Below, piece after piece: positions 49,350 to 60,137 of a stretch of 64,000 bases of DNA (positions within the stretch are counted from its first letter, which is position 1; each line of letters opens with the position of its first letter). This DNA comes from Bacillota bacterium. Its GTDB lineage: Bacteria > Bacillota_I > Bacilli_A > ML615J-28 > CAG-698. The position numbers and the translations under genes were made by a program. Under the pieces are notes generated by a model. It worked only from the letters and a program-made list of their open reading frames with translations, was not told the DNA's origin and did no database searches. The stretch is from the NCBI GenBank assembly GCA_023410025.1, contig JAEYQM010000086.1, positions 966 to 64,965 of the forward strand, given 5' to 3'.

Positions 49350-51101
49350 TTTTGTTAGTTCTAAGAATAATTCGATATCTTCTTTAATTACATCAATTGA
49401 ACTTTTCCAGAAATTTGGATCAGTAATATCTATACCAATACTACTTGCAACGTCCATTAGATTTGCCTTACCAGTAATTGATAATAATTTTCTGATGTCA
49501 TTAACAAAGCTTGCTCCTTTTTCAACATATTTTGCATAAATCCCTTTAGAGAATAGAAGACCAAATGCATAAGGGAAATTATAAAAACTTCTACCAGTTG
49601 AATAGTAATGGCTCTTATTTATCCACATGCCACTATTTAAAAATTCAGTATCAAGTCCATCTCCATATGTTTTAAGTTGAGCATCAATCATCATTTTATT
49701 TAATGTTTCTTCATTTAAGAATTCATTTTGAACTCGCTCAAAGACTTCAGTTTCAAATAAATAGCGGCTTAAAATATCGACAATTAATTGTGTTGCATCT
49801 TGTAATTCTTGTTCAACAAGACCTAATATTTCTACACTATCTGTTGCTTCTTTTAAAACAGCTTTCTTAACTATAGTTTCACATAATATTGAAGCTGTTT
49901 CAGCAATAGGCATTGGATAGCTAGAGTTTAGGATTCTTTCATTAAAGACAATTGAGTTATGATAAGCATGGCCAAGTTCGTGAGCTACAGTTGAAATATC
50001 TCCAATAGAACCATCATAATTTGTCATTACTCTGCTTTCTTTAAGTGGGAAAATTCTTGAACAGAATGCTCCACCACGTTTACCTTGACGAGGTAACCAG
50101 TCAATCCAATTTTCTTCAAAAGCTCTCTTGGCAAGATCAGCTAAGTCATCTGAAAATGTTTTAAAGTTTTTATAGATAAATGCTTTAGCTTCATCAATTG
50201 TATACTTTGAATCACTTTTACCCATTGGTGCAAATAAGTCATAAAATGGCAAACCATTTTTATGATTTAACATTTCAGCTTTTCTCTTTAAGTATTTTCT
50301 GAAGTCAGGTAATGAATCAGTCATTGCTTTAATTAAGGCATCTAATACATCTTTATTAATACGGCATTGTTTTAGGGTTTCTTCAAGTGGTGAAGAATAT
50401 TTTCTTTTTTTAGCCATAGTAACAACATGCTTTTTAACACCGTTTAAAGCAAAAGCTGTGGCTTTATCAATTTTTTTATAAGTTGCAAGTTCTGCTTCAT
50501 AAGCATTTTTTCTAATTTCTGGATTTCCTTCATATGCTAAGTTTCTAACCTTTGCTAGATTAATAATAGTTCCATCATATTCCACTTCAACTGTTGATGT
50601 TAGGTCATTTTGAAGTTTAGAGAATAGTGAACCTCCACTTTGGTTAAGTTGAGCAGCTAACTCTTCCTCTTGTTCACTAAGAAGATGAATACTACTTTCT
50701 TTAATTTCCTTAAGCATAAATTCGTATTCTTTTAGTAATGAATCACTTTCAATTATTTCATCTAAATTATCAATACTTGATACATATTTTTCAAATAATG
50801 TATCTGGTATTGTTATTTGAACGAATTTTTGTTGAATTTTAACCATCATGTTATTAAATTCTAGGTTACGTGAATCAACAGCAAGTGTTAGACTTAAAAA
50901 TGACATTAGTCTACCTGCTACCATATTGATTTCTTCTTGTAATTTAATTAGTTCTACTAGTTTTGTTTTTGGATCATCAATTGTAAGATTTTCTGTATAA
51001 ACAGTAAACTTTTTAATTAATTCATCTAAAAGAACAGTATCTTTTGAAAAATTAGGATCATCAAGTCCTAAGTATAATTTATTTAAGTTCCAATTGCTCA
51101 T
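49347..51101 (-). CDS. pepF: Oligoendopeptidase F (M3B)
   Basis: 584 aa. HELGHAYH zinc-binding motif. M3B family length. Confidence 0.9.
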   Translation of the reverse strand: MSNWNLNKLYLGLDDPNFSKDTVLLDELIKKFTVYTENLTIDDPKTKLVELIKLQEEINMVAGRLMSFLSLTLAVDSRNLEFNNMMVKIQQKFVQITIPDTLFEKYVSSIDNLDEIIESDSLLKEYEFMLKEIKESSIHLLSEQEEELAAQLNQSGGSLFSKLQNDLTSTVEVEYDGTIINLAKVRNLAYEGNPEIRKNAYEAELATYKKIDKATAFALNGVKKHVVTMAKKRKYSSPLEETLKQCRINKDVLDALIKAMTDSLPDFRKYLKRKAEMLNHKNGLPFYDLFAPMGKSDSKYTIDEAKAFIYKNFKTFSDDLADLAKRAFEENWIDWLPRQGKRGGAFCSRIFPLKESRVMTNYDGSIGDISTVAHELGHAYHNSIVFNERILNSSYPMPIAETASILCETIVKKAVLKEATDSVEILGLVEQELQDATQLIVDILSRYLFETEVFERVQNEFLNEETLNKMMIDAQLKTYGDGLDTEFLNSGMWINKSHYYSTGRSFYNFPYAFGLLFSKGIYAKYVEKGASFVNDIRKLLSITGKANLMDVASSIGIDITDPNFWKSSIDVIKEDIELFLELTK

Positions 51102-51210
51102 ATTTACCTCCGCTTTTTAATATTATATCACTAAAACTTAAAAAATAAAAATAAAAAGTTTTTTTCACAAATATCTACATTATGTGGTAAAATATACGTT
51201 GGTGATAAAA

Positions 51211-53070
51211 ATGTATGACGTAATCGTTATCGGAGCTGGACATGCTGGGGTTGAGGCCGCATTAGCATCCGCCCGTTTAAATAAAAAAACTCTGCTAGTA
51301 GCAGGAAACTTAAATAGAATTGCAAGTATGCCATGTAATCCATCAATAGGTGGACCAGCAAAAGGTATAATTGTTCGTGAAATAGATGCCCTAGGTGGGG
51401 AAATGGCTAGAGCAATTGATGCTACTTTATTACAAGTAAAGATGCTTAATAGTTCAAAAGGCCCTGCTGTTAGAGCATTAAGAGCTCAAGCTGATAAAAC
51501 AACTTATCCAGCATATATGAGAAAAGTCGTTTTTGAAACAGAAAATCTAGAAACTCTAGAGGATTTTGTTGAAGAACTAATTGTTGAAAATAATGTTATT
51601 AAAGGTATTAAAACTGCAAGTGGTGATATTATCAACTCTAAAACTGTTGTAATTGCTGCAGGAACATATATGAAGAGTAATATTTTGGTTGGTAAATCAA
51701 AAACTGTATCAGGACCAGATAATCAAAAAACTTCTGAAGGTTTAAGTAAATCTTTAAGAGAAATTGGATTTAAACTAATAAGACTTAAAACAGGGACACC
51801 ACCACGTATTAAGAAAGATTCTATCGATTATGATAAGACGACTATTCAATATGGTGATAAACAAAAATGGTGTTTTAGTAATGAAACTAAAAACCCTATT
51901 TCACTAGAAAATCAAGTACCATGTTACTTAACTTATACAAGTCCAGAAACTCATAGAATTATTAAAGAAAACTTACATGAATCAAGTATGTATTCAGGTC
52001 TTGTTGAAGGAGTTGGACCAAGATATTGTCCATCTATTGAAGATAAGATTGTTCGTTTTTCTGATAAAGAAAGACATCAAATCTTTATTGAACCAGAAGG
52101 ATTGCAAATTGATGAAATGTATATCCAAGGTTTATCAACAAGTTTCCCACATCACATACAAGAACAACTTGTTCATTCTATTGCAGGACTTGAAAATGCG
52201 GTAATTACGAAATACGCATATGCAATTGAATATGATGCCATTGATCCTATGCAACTTAAAAAATCTTTAGAATCAAAACATATTGAGAACTTATTTTTTG
52301 CTGGACAAGTTAATGGTACAAGTGGATATGAAGAAGCGGCATGTCAAGGATTAATGGCTGGAATTAATGCATCAAGAAAAGTGGATAACTTAGAACCATT
52401 AGTATTAAGAAGAGATGAAGCTTATATTGGAGTTCTAGTTGATGACTTAATTACTAAAGGTGTAAAAGATCCATATCGTCTGCTTACATCACGTGCTGAA
52501 TTTAGATTATTATTAAGAAATGATAATTCTGAAGAAAGACTATTAGAGTATGGATACCAAATTGGTTTAATAAATGAAGAAAGATATCAAAGATTCAAAG
52601 CTAAAGAAGAATTTATTGAAAAAACATTACAAGAATTAGATAATTTATATATTAATCCAAAAAATAATGTTAATGAATATTTAGCTCAAAATAATAAATC
52701 AGTTATAAATACAAAAGTAAGTTACAGAGAATTCTTAAAGAGACCAGAAATTGATTTTGATGATCTTGAATATATTACTGATTTCAAATTAGAAACTGAT
52801 GACACAACAAAAGATCAAATATTAATTGCAATTAAGTATGAAGGATATATTCAAAAAGAATTTAAGAATGCTAAGAAGTTACAATTGATGGAATCAAAAG
52901 TAATTCCAGATGATATTAATTATGATTTAATTCCTAATATAGCTTTAGAAGCAAAGGATAAACTAAAAAGAGTTAAACCTTCAACAATTTCTCAAGCTTC
53001 AAGAATTAGTGGAGTTAATCCAAGTGATATATCAATTTTATTAGTATATTTAGAAAGTAGAAAAAGATAA
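51211..53070 (+). CDS. mnmG: tRNA uridine-5-carboxymethylaminomethyl synthesis enzyme MnmG (GidA)
   Basis: FAD-binding YDVIVIGAGHAGVEAA N-terminus. ATG at 51211 after GGTGA; the track start at 51184 is less likely. Confidence 0.95.
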   Translation: MYDVIVIGAGHAGVEAALASARLNKKTLLVAGNLNRIASMPCNPSIGGPAKGIIVREIDALGGEMARAIDATLLQVKMLNSSKGPAVRALRAQADKTTYPAYMRKVVFETENLETLEDFVEELIVENNVIKGIKTASGDIINSKTVVIAAGTYMKSNILVGKSKTVSGPDNQKTSEGLSKSLREIGFKLIRLKTGTPPRIKKDSIDYDKTTIQYGDKQKWCFSNETKNPISLENQVPCYLTYTSPETHRIIKENLHESSMYSGLVEGVGPRYCPSIEDKIVRFSDKERHQIFIEPEGLQIDEMYIQGLSTSFPHHIQEQLVHSIAGLENAVITKYAYAIEYDAIDPMQLKKSLESKHIENLFFAGQVNGTSGYEEAACQGLMAGINASRKVDNLEPLVLRRDEAYIGVLVDDLITKGVKDPYRLLTSRAEFRLLLRNDNSEERLLEYGYQIGLINEERYQRFKAKEEFIEKTLQELDNLYINPKNNVNEYLAQNNKSVINTKVSYREFLKRPEIDFDDLEYITDFKLETDDTTKDQILIAIKYEGYIQKEFKNAKKLQLMESKVIPDDINYDLIPNIALEAKDKLKRVKPSTISQASRISGVNPSDISILLVYLESRKR

Positions 53071-53711
53071 TGGATTTTTTAGAAAGTTATTATGAATTTT
53101 TAATAAGTGAAAATCAAAAATATAATTTAACTTCGATTACTAATAAAGAAGAAGTTTATATAAAACATTTTGAAGATTCAATGAGTGTTGATTTAGTAAT
53201 TGATTTTAATAGTATTAAAGAAGTTTGTGATGTTGGTAGTGGAGCAGGATTTCCAGGAATTCCTTTAAAAATTAAATATCCACATATCAAATTAACAATA
53301 ATTGAACCAACTTTAAAAAGATGTAACTTTTTAACACAACTTGTTTTGAAATTAGGATTAAAAGATGTTATAATAATAAATGACAGAGCTGAAAACATGA
53401 AAGACTTAAGATCAAAGTTTGATCTTGTTGTCGCTAGAGCAGTTTCACCATTACCAATGCTACTTGAATTATGTATGCCTTTAGTAAAAGTAGGAAGTTA
53501 TTTTGTTTCTATGAAAGGCCCATCATTTCAAAGTGAAATTGATATAGCAAATAATGCATTAAATGAATTGAATTCAGTAATTGATAAAGTTAAAACTTAT
53601 GAATTATCAAAAGGCTATGGAGAACATAGTTTAATAAAAATAAAAAAAATAAAGGAAGTAAGCAGCAAGTATCCAAGATTATATAAGGATATCAAAAACA
53701 ATCCTTTATAA
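53070..53711 (+). CDS. rsmG: 16S rRNA (guanine527-N7)-methyltransferase RsmG (GidB)
   Basis: SAM-binding VCDVGSGAGFPGIPL. Overlaps mnmG stop. Confidence 0.93.
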   Translation: MDFLESYYEFLISENQKYNLTSITNKEEVYIKHFEDSMSVDLVIDFNSIKEVCDVGSGAGFPGIPLKIKYPHIKLTIIEPTLKRCNFLTQLVLKLGLKDVIIINDRAENMKDLRSKFDLVVARAVSPLPMLLELCMPLVKVGSYFVSMKGPSFQSEIDIANNALNELNSVIDKVKTYELSKGYGEHSLIKIKKIKEVSSKYPRLYKDIKNNPL

Positions 53712-53723
53712 GGAGGTTAAATT

Positions 53724-54494
53724 GTGGGAAAGATTATTGCAATTGTAAATCAAAAGGGTGGAGTAGGAAAAACAACAACAGCTATTAATTTAGGGGCTGC
53801 TCTTTGTAATGATAAAAAGAAAGTATTACTTGTTGATTTAGATGAACAAGCTAATGCAACAATTGGACTTGGATTATCACGTGAACTACTTGACCTAACT
53901 AGTTATGATTTATTATCAACAGACTTAGAAATTGATAACACTATTTATGCTTCTATTGATAGTAATTTTCATATAATTCCCGCATCATCAAAACTTGCAA
54001 ATATTGAAAAAGATTTATTGAATATTGAAAATTATAATTTAATACTTTCAAGAAAGTTAATATCTGTAGTTGATGAATATGATTATATATTACTTGATTG
54101 CCCACCATCAATTGGTATGGTAATTGATAATGCATTATTTGCATGTGATTCGGTAATTATTCCTGTTGAATGTGATTTCTTTGCATATGATGCCTTAACA
54201 CAAATTGTTAATAAGATTAATCAAATTCAAAAACAAAAGAAAATAACAAATGGATCATTAACGATAGAAGGAATATTACTAACAAAATTAGATAATAGAA
54301 ATTTATTTGGATATAATATAATTGATAGAGTAAGGGATTTATTTCCTTCAAAAACATTTAAAACCATTATAAGTAGATCAAGTCATTTACAAGAAGCACC
54401 AATGCATGGAAAAAGCGTATTAAAATTTGCATATAATTCTCGTGCTAGTAAAGAATATCGTGAATTAGCAAAAGAAATAATAAGAAATAATTAG
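53724..54494 (+). CDS. soj: ParA/Soj chromosome-partitioning ATPase (GTG start)
   Basis: Deviant Walker A KGGVGKTTTAINL. 256 aa. RBS AAGGAGG. Confidence 0.88.
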   Translation: MGKIIAIVNQKGGVGKTTTAINLGAALCNDKKKVLLVDLDEQANATIGLGLSRELLDLTSYDLLSTDLEIDNTIYASIDSNFHIIPASSKLANIEKDLLNIENYNLILSRKLISVVDEYDYILLDCPPSIGMVIDNALFACDSVIIPVECDFFAYDALTQIVNKINQIQKQKKITNGSLTIEGILLTKLDNRNLFGYNIIDRVRDLFPSKTFKTIISRSSHLQEAPMHGKSVLKFAYNSRASKEYRELAKEIIRNN

Positions 54495-54504
54495 GAGTAT
54501 TATT

Positions 54505-55305
54505 ATGGGAGAAACTGTTAAAGAGTTCTTAAAGATTAATACAACAAGACTTATATCAACAGGTGTTGTTATTTTTGTAACTATTTTACTACTTACAGCT
54601 GTAAGAATATTTACTAATAAATTAGTAAAAAAAGGTAAAAATAAAAGATCAATTACTGTTTCAAAATTAGTTAATAGCGTCTTAAAATATGTAATAGCTA
54701 TAATTCTTTTAATTTCACTATTAGGTATATGGGGTTATGATATTAGCACCCTACTAGCCGGTGCTGGAATTATGGGACTTATAATTGGATTAGGTGCCCA
54801 AAATCTTGTATCTGATTTATTAAGTGGTATGAGTATTGTTTTTGAAGATGTTTACGAAGTCGATGAAGTTGTTAATATAAATGGCTTTAAGGGAAGAGTT
54901 GTTGATATTGGAATTAGATCAACAAAACTTCTAAATTGGAAAGGTGAATTAAAAATAATTACTAATGGAGAAATAAAAGAAGTTATTAATTATTCAAGAA
55001 ACTTTGCAATATCTGAAGTTGTCTTTTCAATAAAACACAAAGAAAATGTATCTAAAACCATAGCTTTATTAGATGAGAAATTACCAAATATAAAAGAATT
55101 TTTCTCACAGATTATTGAAGGTCCAAATGTATTAGGGGTATCTAATATTACTTCTATTGGTACAGAAATTACAGTTATAGCTAAGACTTTACCTGAAAAA
55201 CATATATCAGTAACAATGGCCTTAAGAAAGATGATTAAAGAAATACTAGATGAAAAGGGAATAGAATTCTCAATTACACAAGTGGAGTTAATCAATGAAC
55301 GCTAA
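54505..55305 (+). CDS. Small-conductance mechanosensitive channel (MscS family)
   Basis: Three transmembrane helices, then the conserved MscS beta-domain (GAQNLVSDLLSGMSIVFEDVYEVDEVVNINGFKGRVVDIGIRSTKL). Confidence 0.85.
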   Translation: MGETVKEFLKINTTRLISTGVVIFVTILLLTAVRIFTNKLVKKGKNKRSITVSKLVNSVLKYVIAIILLISLLGIWGYDISTLLAGAGIMGLIIGLGAQNLVSDLLSGMSIVFEDVYEVDEVVNINGFKGRVVDIGIRSTKLLNWKGELKIITNGEIKEVINYSRNFAISEVVFSIKHKENVSKTIALLDEKLPNIKEFFSQIIEGPNVLGVSNITSIGTEITVIAKTLPEKHISVTMALRKMIKEILDEKGIEFSITQVELINER

Positions 55306-55480
55306 TATATTTGAAGTAGGACAAATTCTTGAACTTAAAAAAGAACATCCATGTGGATCAAAACAATGGAAAGTTGTTAAGACAGGAATAGATTATAAAT
55401 TAGAATGTGTAGGTTGTAATCGTGTTGTTATAGTTCCAAGAGTTGAACTAAAGAAAAAAGTAAAGAAAGTTATTCAATAA
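55295..55480 (+). CDS. DUF951-family small protein (YyzM-like)
   Basis: 61 aa. CxxC...CxxC arrangement (HPCGS...CVGCN). Family typical of the origin-proximal parAB neighbourhood in Firmicutes. Confidence 0.55.
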   Translation: MNANIFEVGQILELKKEHPCGSKQWKVVKTGIDYKLECVGCNRVVIVPRVELKKKVKKVIQ

Positions 55481-55557
55481 AATCCACAAATGTGGATTTT
55501 TTTTAAATTTACAAATATATTATGGTATAATCATTAGTATGGTTAAGGAGATTATGA

Positions 55558-57312
55558 ATGAAGTCGCTTATTTTACTACTAAAAAAATACCCTTTCATGA
55601 TACTAATTGAAATAGTAAATACAATTATTGGGGTATTATTAACAATTATCCCGATTAATACCGTAAAAGATATTATTCAAATTTACGAGAAAAACAAGAA
55701 TATTAAGGAAATGCTTTATACACTTTTAATGTATTCAGCAATATGGTTATTATGTAATCTTATCTTAGTTTTAACTGGTTACTTTAGAACCTATATTGAG
55801 AGAAATTTTAAAGTCTATATAGCTGTTCTTTTATATAAGAAACTAGATAGTATTGATTATGATTTCCATGAAAGTCCTAAGTTTTTAAATGACTATACAA
55901 GAGCATTAGAGCAAGGACCAGAAAGAATATATCTAAGTGCCAATGGAGTAATTGTTATAATTAAAACAATTATTCAAAGTATTTCTATTTTTTCTATTAT
56001 TTTTAATATGCACTATTTAGCAGTAGTATATGCTTTAGTAATTGGATTAATTTATGCTGTATTAAGATTTAGAGTTGGTAAACTTGATTATATTTCTTTA
56101 TCAAAACAAAGATTATTTATGCGTCAAAGGGGATATGTAAATAGAACCTTCTTTATAAAAGACTCAATGGCTGATTTAAAAACAAGTAGTATTGAAGGAA
56201 TACTTCTTGAAAATAATGCCAAGGCAAATCAAGGAATATTAAGTGTAATAGATACAATTGGATTAAAGAAAACAATACTTACCTATATAGGCGATGTATT
56301 AATTACTTCCATTTATCCAGTAACTTTAGCTGTATTAGCATACGTTACAATTGATAATATATCATTTAGTGACTTTTCAGCGTTAACAGTTGCAGCTACA
56401 ACTCTTTCAACACTAGTATCACAAATTGTAGTATCAATTGGAGACTTGCAAAATAATGCTGTTGAAACAAGAATTCCATATGAAGTTTTAGATATGACCT
56501 CAACAATTGAAGGTGTAGAATATAAACCATTAGATACAGAATTTAAAACATTAGAATTAAAAGATGTATGTTTCTCCTATGGTGATAAGAAAATTTTAAA
56601 AAATATTAATTTAAAAATTAATAAGGGTGAAAAAGTAGCAATTGTTGGTTCAAATGGGGCTGGAAAAACGACACTTGTAAAACTTCTACTAAGACTATAT
56701 GATACTTTTGAAGGAAGCATATTAATAAATGGGGAAGCTTATAAAACCCTAAATGCCATGAGTATTAGAAAGCAAGTAGGGGCAGTATTCCAAAATGTTG
56801 AAGTATATGCTGGAAGCATTGCTGAAAACATTATATTTAAAAAACCAACAACAGAAAATGATTTTATTGTTTTAGAACAAGCTTTAAAATTTAGTGGGCT
56901 TGATGAAGTTGTCAGTAATTTAAAAGATGGTATCAATACATTAGTTACCAGAGAATTTGATAAAGACGGAATCGTACTAAGTGGTGGTCAAAAACAAAGA
57001 ATTGCTATCGCTAGAGGGGTTGCCCAAAGTTATAATCTATTTGTACTTGATGAACCATCAAGTGCTTTAGACCCATTATCAGAAGCAATAATATATCAAA
57101 ATATGCTAGAAATGGGAAAAGACAAAACAATTATTTTTATATCACATCGCTTAACTACAACAGTTAATGCTGACAAAATTTTCTTGTTTGAAAATGGTGA
57201 AATTATTGAATCAGGAAATCACGAAGAGTTATTAAAACTTAATGGTGTATATAAGAAAATGTTTAACTCACAAGCAAGCAAATACTTAGGTGGAAATTAT
57301 GAAGACAATTAA
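55558..57312 (+). CDS. ABC exporter, fused permease/ATPase (type I exporter half-transporter)
   Basis: Six transmembrane helices plus nucleotide-binding domain: GSNGAGKTT, LSGGQKQRIAIARG, VLDEPSSALD. Extended -10 TGGTATAAT at 55521-55531, RBS AAGGAG. Confidence 0.85.
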   Translation: MKSLILLLKKYPFMILIEIVNTIIGVLLTIIPINTVKDIIQIYEKNKNIKEMLYTLLMYSAIWLLCNLILVLTGYFRTYIERNFKVYIAVLLYKKLDSIDYDFHESPKFLNDYTRALEQGPERIYLSANGVIVIIKTIIQSISIFSIIFNMHYLAVVYALVIGLIYAVLRFRVGKLDYISLSKQRLFMRQRGYVNRTFFIKDSMADLKTSSIEGILLENNAKANQGILSVIDTIGLKKTILTYIGDVLITSIYPVTLAVLAYVTIDNISFSDFSALTVAATTLSTLVSQIVVSIGDLQNNAVETRIPYEVLDMTSTIEGVEYKPLDTEFKTLELKDVCFSYGDKKILKNINLKINKGEKVAIVGSNGAGKTTLVKLLLRLYDTFEGSILINGEAYKTLNAMSIRKQVGAVFQNVEVYAGSIAENIIFKKPTTENDFIVLEQALKFSGLDEVVSNLKDGINTLVTREFDKDGIVLSGGQKQRIAIARGVAQSYNLFVLDEPSSALDPLSEAIIYQNMLEMGKDKTIIFISHRLTTTVNADKIFLFENGEIIESGNHEELLKLNGVYKKMFNSQASKYLGGNYEDN

Positions 57313-59065
57313 AAATAATCTATATGTATTAAAATATGTCATCATATTTTGTCCAGTAATGTTTGTGTGGGCATTGTTTCAAATTGCTTCATCAGTCGTA
57401 ATTGCGGTATCAAAAGTTGAATTAATTAAAGAAACAATTAATTTAGTTATAAATGGTGAAGATATAAAAATTATATTTAATGCAATAGCTTTATATTTAA
57501 TTATAATTGTAGTTACATCACTATTTAGAATGTTTTACACTTATTATATATACCCAAGATATAGAGTTATATATACAAAAAAAATGCAACATTTTTTATT
57601 TACTAAAGTAAAACATATTGATATGGAAATGTTTGATAATCCACAATTCTATGATAATTACTCAAGGGCTTTAAGGGATGGAACTTGGATGGGTCTAAGA
57701 GTATATGAGACTTTAATTAGATTTTTAACATCAACAGCTATTGTTATAGCACTTGGTTTTATGATATCAAAAGACCTAGTTTTACTTGTTATCATTTTAG
57801 CATCATCCATTATTAATGTATTAGTTGTTAATAAAATTAATAAGAGTTGGTATCTATGGGGTAAGGAAACTGAAAAAGAAAAAAGAATGTATGACTATGT
57901 TAATAGAACATTCTATCGTCAACAATTTGCAGGTGAGATTAAAACAACCAATATTTCAAGTTTATTAATTAATAAATATACTGAAAGTGCAGATATTATT
58001 AATGATAAATATGCTAAGACATATAAGAAACTTACTGTATATAATGTTTTATTAAATGTAATTAAGGTTATTATTGAGAGGGGATTAATTAATTTTTATC
58101 TTGCATTTCAATTATTTAAAGATATTATTAGTATTGCAACATTTACTTCAACATTAAATGCCACTTTACAGTTTTCATCAAACTTTGTTGATGCCATGAA
58201 TTTACTAACAACTTTAAAAGAAAATTCATTATTTATTGATGATTTTAGATGGTTAGTAAATTATAAGGGTAATATTGAAAATCGTGATGGTATATTAGTA
58301 GAAGATTTTGAAAAGGTTAGTGTTGAAAACATTAGTTTTAAATATGAAAATACTGAATATTTTAGTATTAATGATTTAAGTCTAAGTATTAAAAAGGGAG
58401 AGAAAGTTGCAATTGTTGGACTTAATGGTTCGGGTAAAACAACTCTTACAAAATTAATTCTTGATTTTTATCTTCCATCAATGGGTTATTTAAAATTAAA
58501 TGATATTGAATATCAAAAAATAAATCAAAGAAATTTGCGTAATAAATATGCGGTTGTATTTCAAGATTTTCAAATATATGCTTTATCAATTGGTGAAAAT
58601 ATATTAATGAGAAAAGTTGAAAATCAAGAAGATGAACAAAAAGTTTGGAATGCTTTAGAAATGGTCGGAATGAGTGAAAAAATAAAATCATTAGAAAAAG
58701 GTATTCATACAGAAGTAACTAGAGAATTTAATCGAAATGGAGCTGTATTTAGTGGTGGGGAAATTCAAAGAATTGCAATAGCGAGAGTATTTGCAAGTAA
58801 TGCTGATTTATATATATTAGATGAACCAACTAGTGCACTTGATCCTTTAAGCGAAGAAAGAATAAATAAATTAATAATTAAAAACACACAAAAAGCAATG
58901 ATTATTATTGCTCACAGGTTATCAACAGTGGTTGATTGTGATAGAATTTATTTAATGAATAAGGGTAAAATTGAAGAATGTGGTACACATGAAGAGTTAA
59001 TTGCTAGTAATGGTTTATATGCTAAGATGTTTAATACCCAAAAGAGTCTATACCAAAAACAATAG
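57290..59065 (+). CDS. ABC exporter, fused permease/ATPase; partner of preceding gene
   Basis: GLNGSGKTT, FSGGEIQRIAIARV, ILDEPTSALD. Overlaps upstream gene by 23 nt. Confidence 0.85.
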   Translation: MEIMKTIKNNLYVLKYVIIFCPVMFVWALFQIASSVVIAVSKVELIKETINLVINGEDIKIIFNAIALYLIIIVVTSLFRMFYTYYIYPRYRVIYTKKMQHFLFTKVKHIDMEMFDNPQFYDNYSRALRDGTWMGLRVYETLIRFLTSTAIVIALGFMISKDLVLLVIILASSIINVLVVNKINKSWYLWGKETEKEKRMYDYVNRTFYRQQFAGEIKTTNISSLLINKYTESADIINDKYAKTYKKLTVYNVLLNVIKVIIERGLINFYLAFQLFKDIISIATFTSTLNATLQFSSNFVDAMNLLTTLKENSLFIDDFRWLVNYKGNIENRDGILVEDFEKVSVENISFKYENTEYFSINDLSLSIKKGEKVAIVGLNGSGKTTLTKLILDFYLPSMGYLKLNDIEYQKINQRNLRNKYAVVFQDFQIYALSIGENILMRKVENQEDEQKVWNALEMVGMSEKIKSLEKGIHTEVTREFNRNGAVFSGGEIQRIAIARVFASNADLYILDEPTSALDPLSEERINKLIIKNTQKAMIIIAHRLSTVVDCDRIYLMNKGKIEECGTHEELIASNGLYAKMFNTQKSLYQKQ

Positions 59066-59143
59066 AAAATGTTGTCATTTATTAAAAAAGTTTACTATCT
59101 TTAATAGTTTTATGTTATAATATCAAATAAGGATGGTGAGTTG

Positions 59144-60067
59144 ATGAAGAAACGCAATAAATTTTGGATTATGATTGGCATTGGTGTATGCATTGTATTA
59201 TTACTAATGATTATTAGTAGTGTTATTTCTGTAGGTGAAAGACTGAGAAATATTAGTAAATACGTTGAATATGGTTTTTATATATTAAGTCTAATATTAT
59301 TATGGGTCTTAATTATTAATCCAGTAAGAATTATTCTATTCTCACCGGCATTTTCAATTATTACGGTATTAGATAATGTTGAAAGTAAAGATTATCGTGT
59401 ATATCAAAAAGTAGCCAGTAACATGCTGAAAAATGAAATATTAACTGATGTAGAAAAAGATAATATTAGAGCAAACTTAAATAAAAAAGATGAGCTTGTC
59501 GGTATTATGAATAAAGTATTTGATACTACAATTAAAAAAGAAATAAATGATATTATTTTTAAAAATGCGAAAACAGTTATGATATCTACAGCTATTTCTC
59601 AAAATGGCAGACTGGATATGTTAACTGTTTTAACAGTAAATTTAAAAATGATTAAAGATATTGTTTTAAAATGTGGATTTCGTCCGAGTTATCCTAAACT
59701 TGGAAAATTATCAGTTAATGTATTAACAACTGCAATAATTGCTGAGAGCCTTGAAGGATTAGATGTAAATGATCTATTCCCGCAATCAACTGCTAATTTA
59801 CTTGCGGAAATACCACTTGTAAAGCCAGTTATGAATAGTTTTGTTCAAGGGATATCTAATGCATTACTGACAATGCGTGTTGGTTTTGTTACAAGAAAAT
59901 ATTTATTTAGTGATGCAAAACATCCATCTAAAGCAGAGATTAGAAAAGGTGCAATTAAAGAATCAATTAAGATGTTACCAAGTGTTGTTAGTGATGTAAT
60001 AGCGTATTTTCCTAACAAATTATTAAAATTATTCACTAAGAAAGACAAGGAAGTTTTAGAGGATTAA
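59144..60067 (+). CDS. Hypothetical membrane protein (two N-terminal transmembrane helices plus about 220-aa cytoplasmic domain), possibly DUF697/YcjF-like
   Basis: ATG 59144 after AAGGATGGTGAG. Extended -10 TGTTATAAT at about 59115. Family guess is low confidence. Confidence 0.45.
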   Translation: MKKRNKFWIMIGIGVCIVLLLMIISSVISVGERLRNISKYVEYGFYILSLILLWVLIINPVRIILFSPAFSIITVLDNVESKDYRVYQKVASNMLKNEILTDVEKDNIRANLNKKDELVGIMNKVFDTTIKKEINDIIFKNAKTVMISTAISQNGRLDMLTVLTVNLKMIKDIVLKCGFRPSYPKLGKLSVNVLTTAIIAESLEGLDVNDLFPQSTANLLAEIPLVKPVMNSFVQGISNALLTMRVGFVTRKYLFSDAKHPSKAEIRKGAIKESIKMLPSVVSDVIAYFPNKLLKLFTKKDKEVLED

Positions 60068-60085
60068 TATAGATGTTAGTAAAAA

Positions 60086-60108
60086 GGATACGCATGTGTC
60101 CTTTTTTA
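60086..60108 (+). terminator. Intrinsic terminator
   Basis: GGATAC-GCAT-GTGTCC (one G-U pair) followed by TTTTTT. Confidence 0.5.
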
Positions 60109-60137
60109 TCACATTTAAGAAAGAGGTGGTTATTTTC

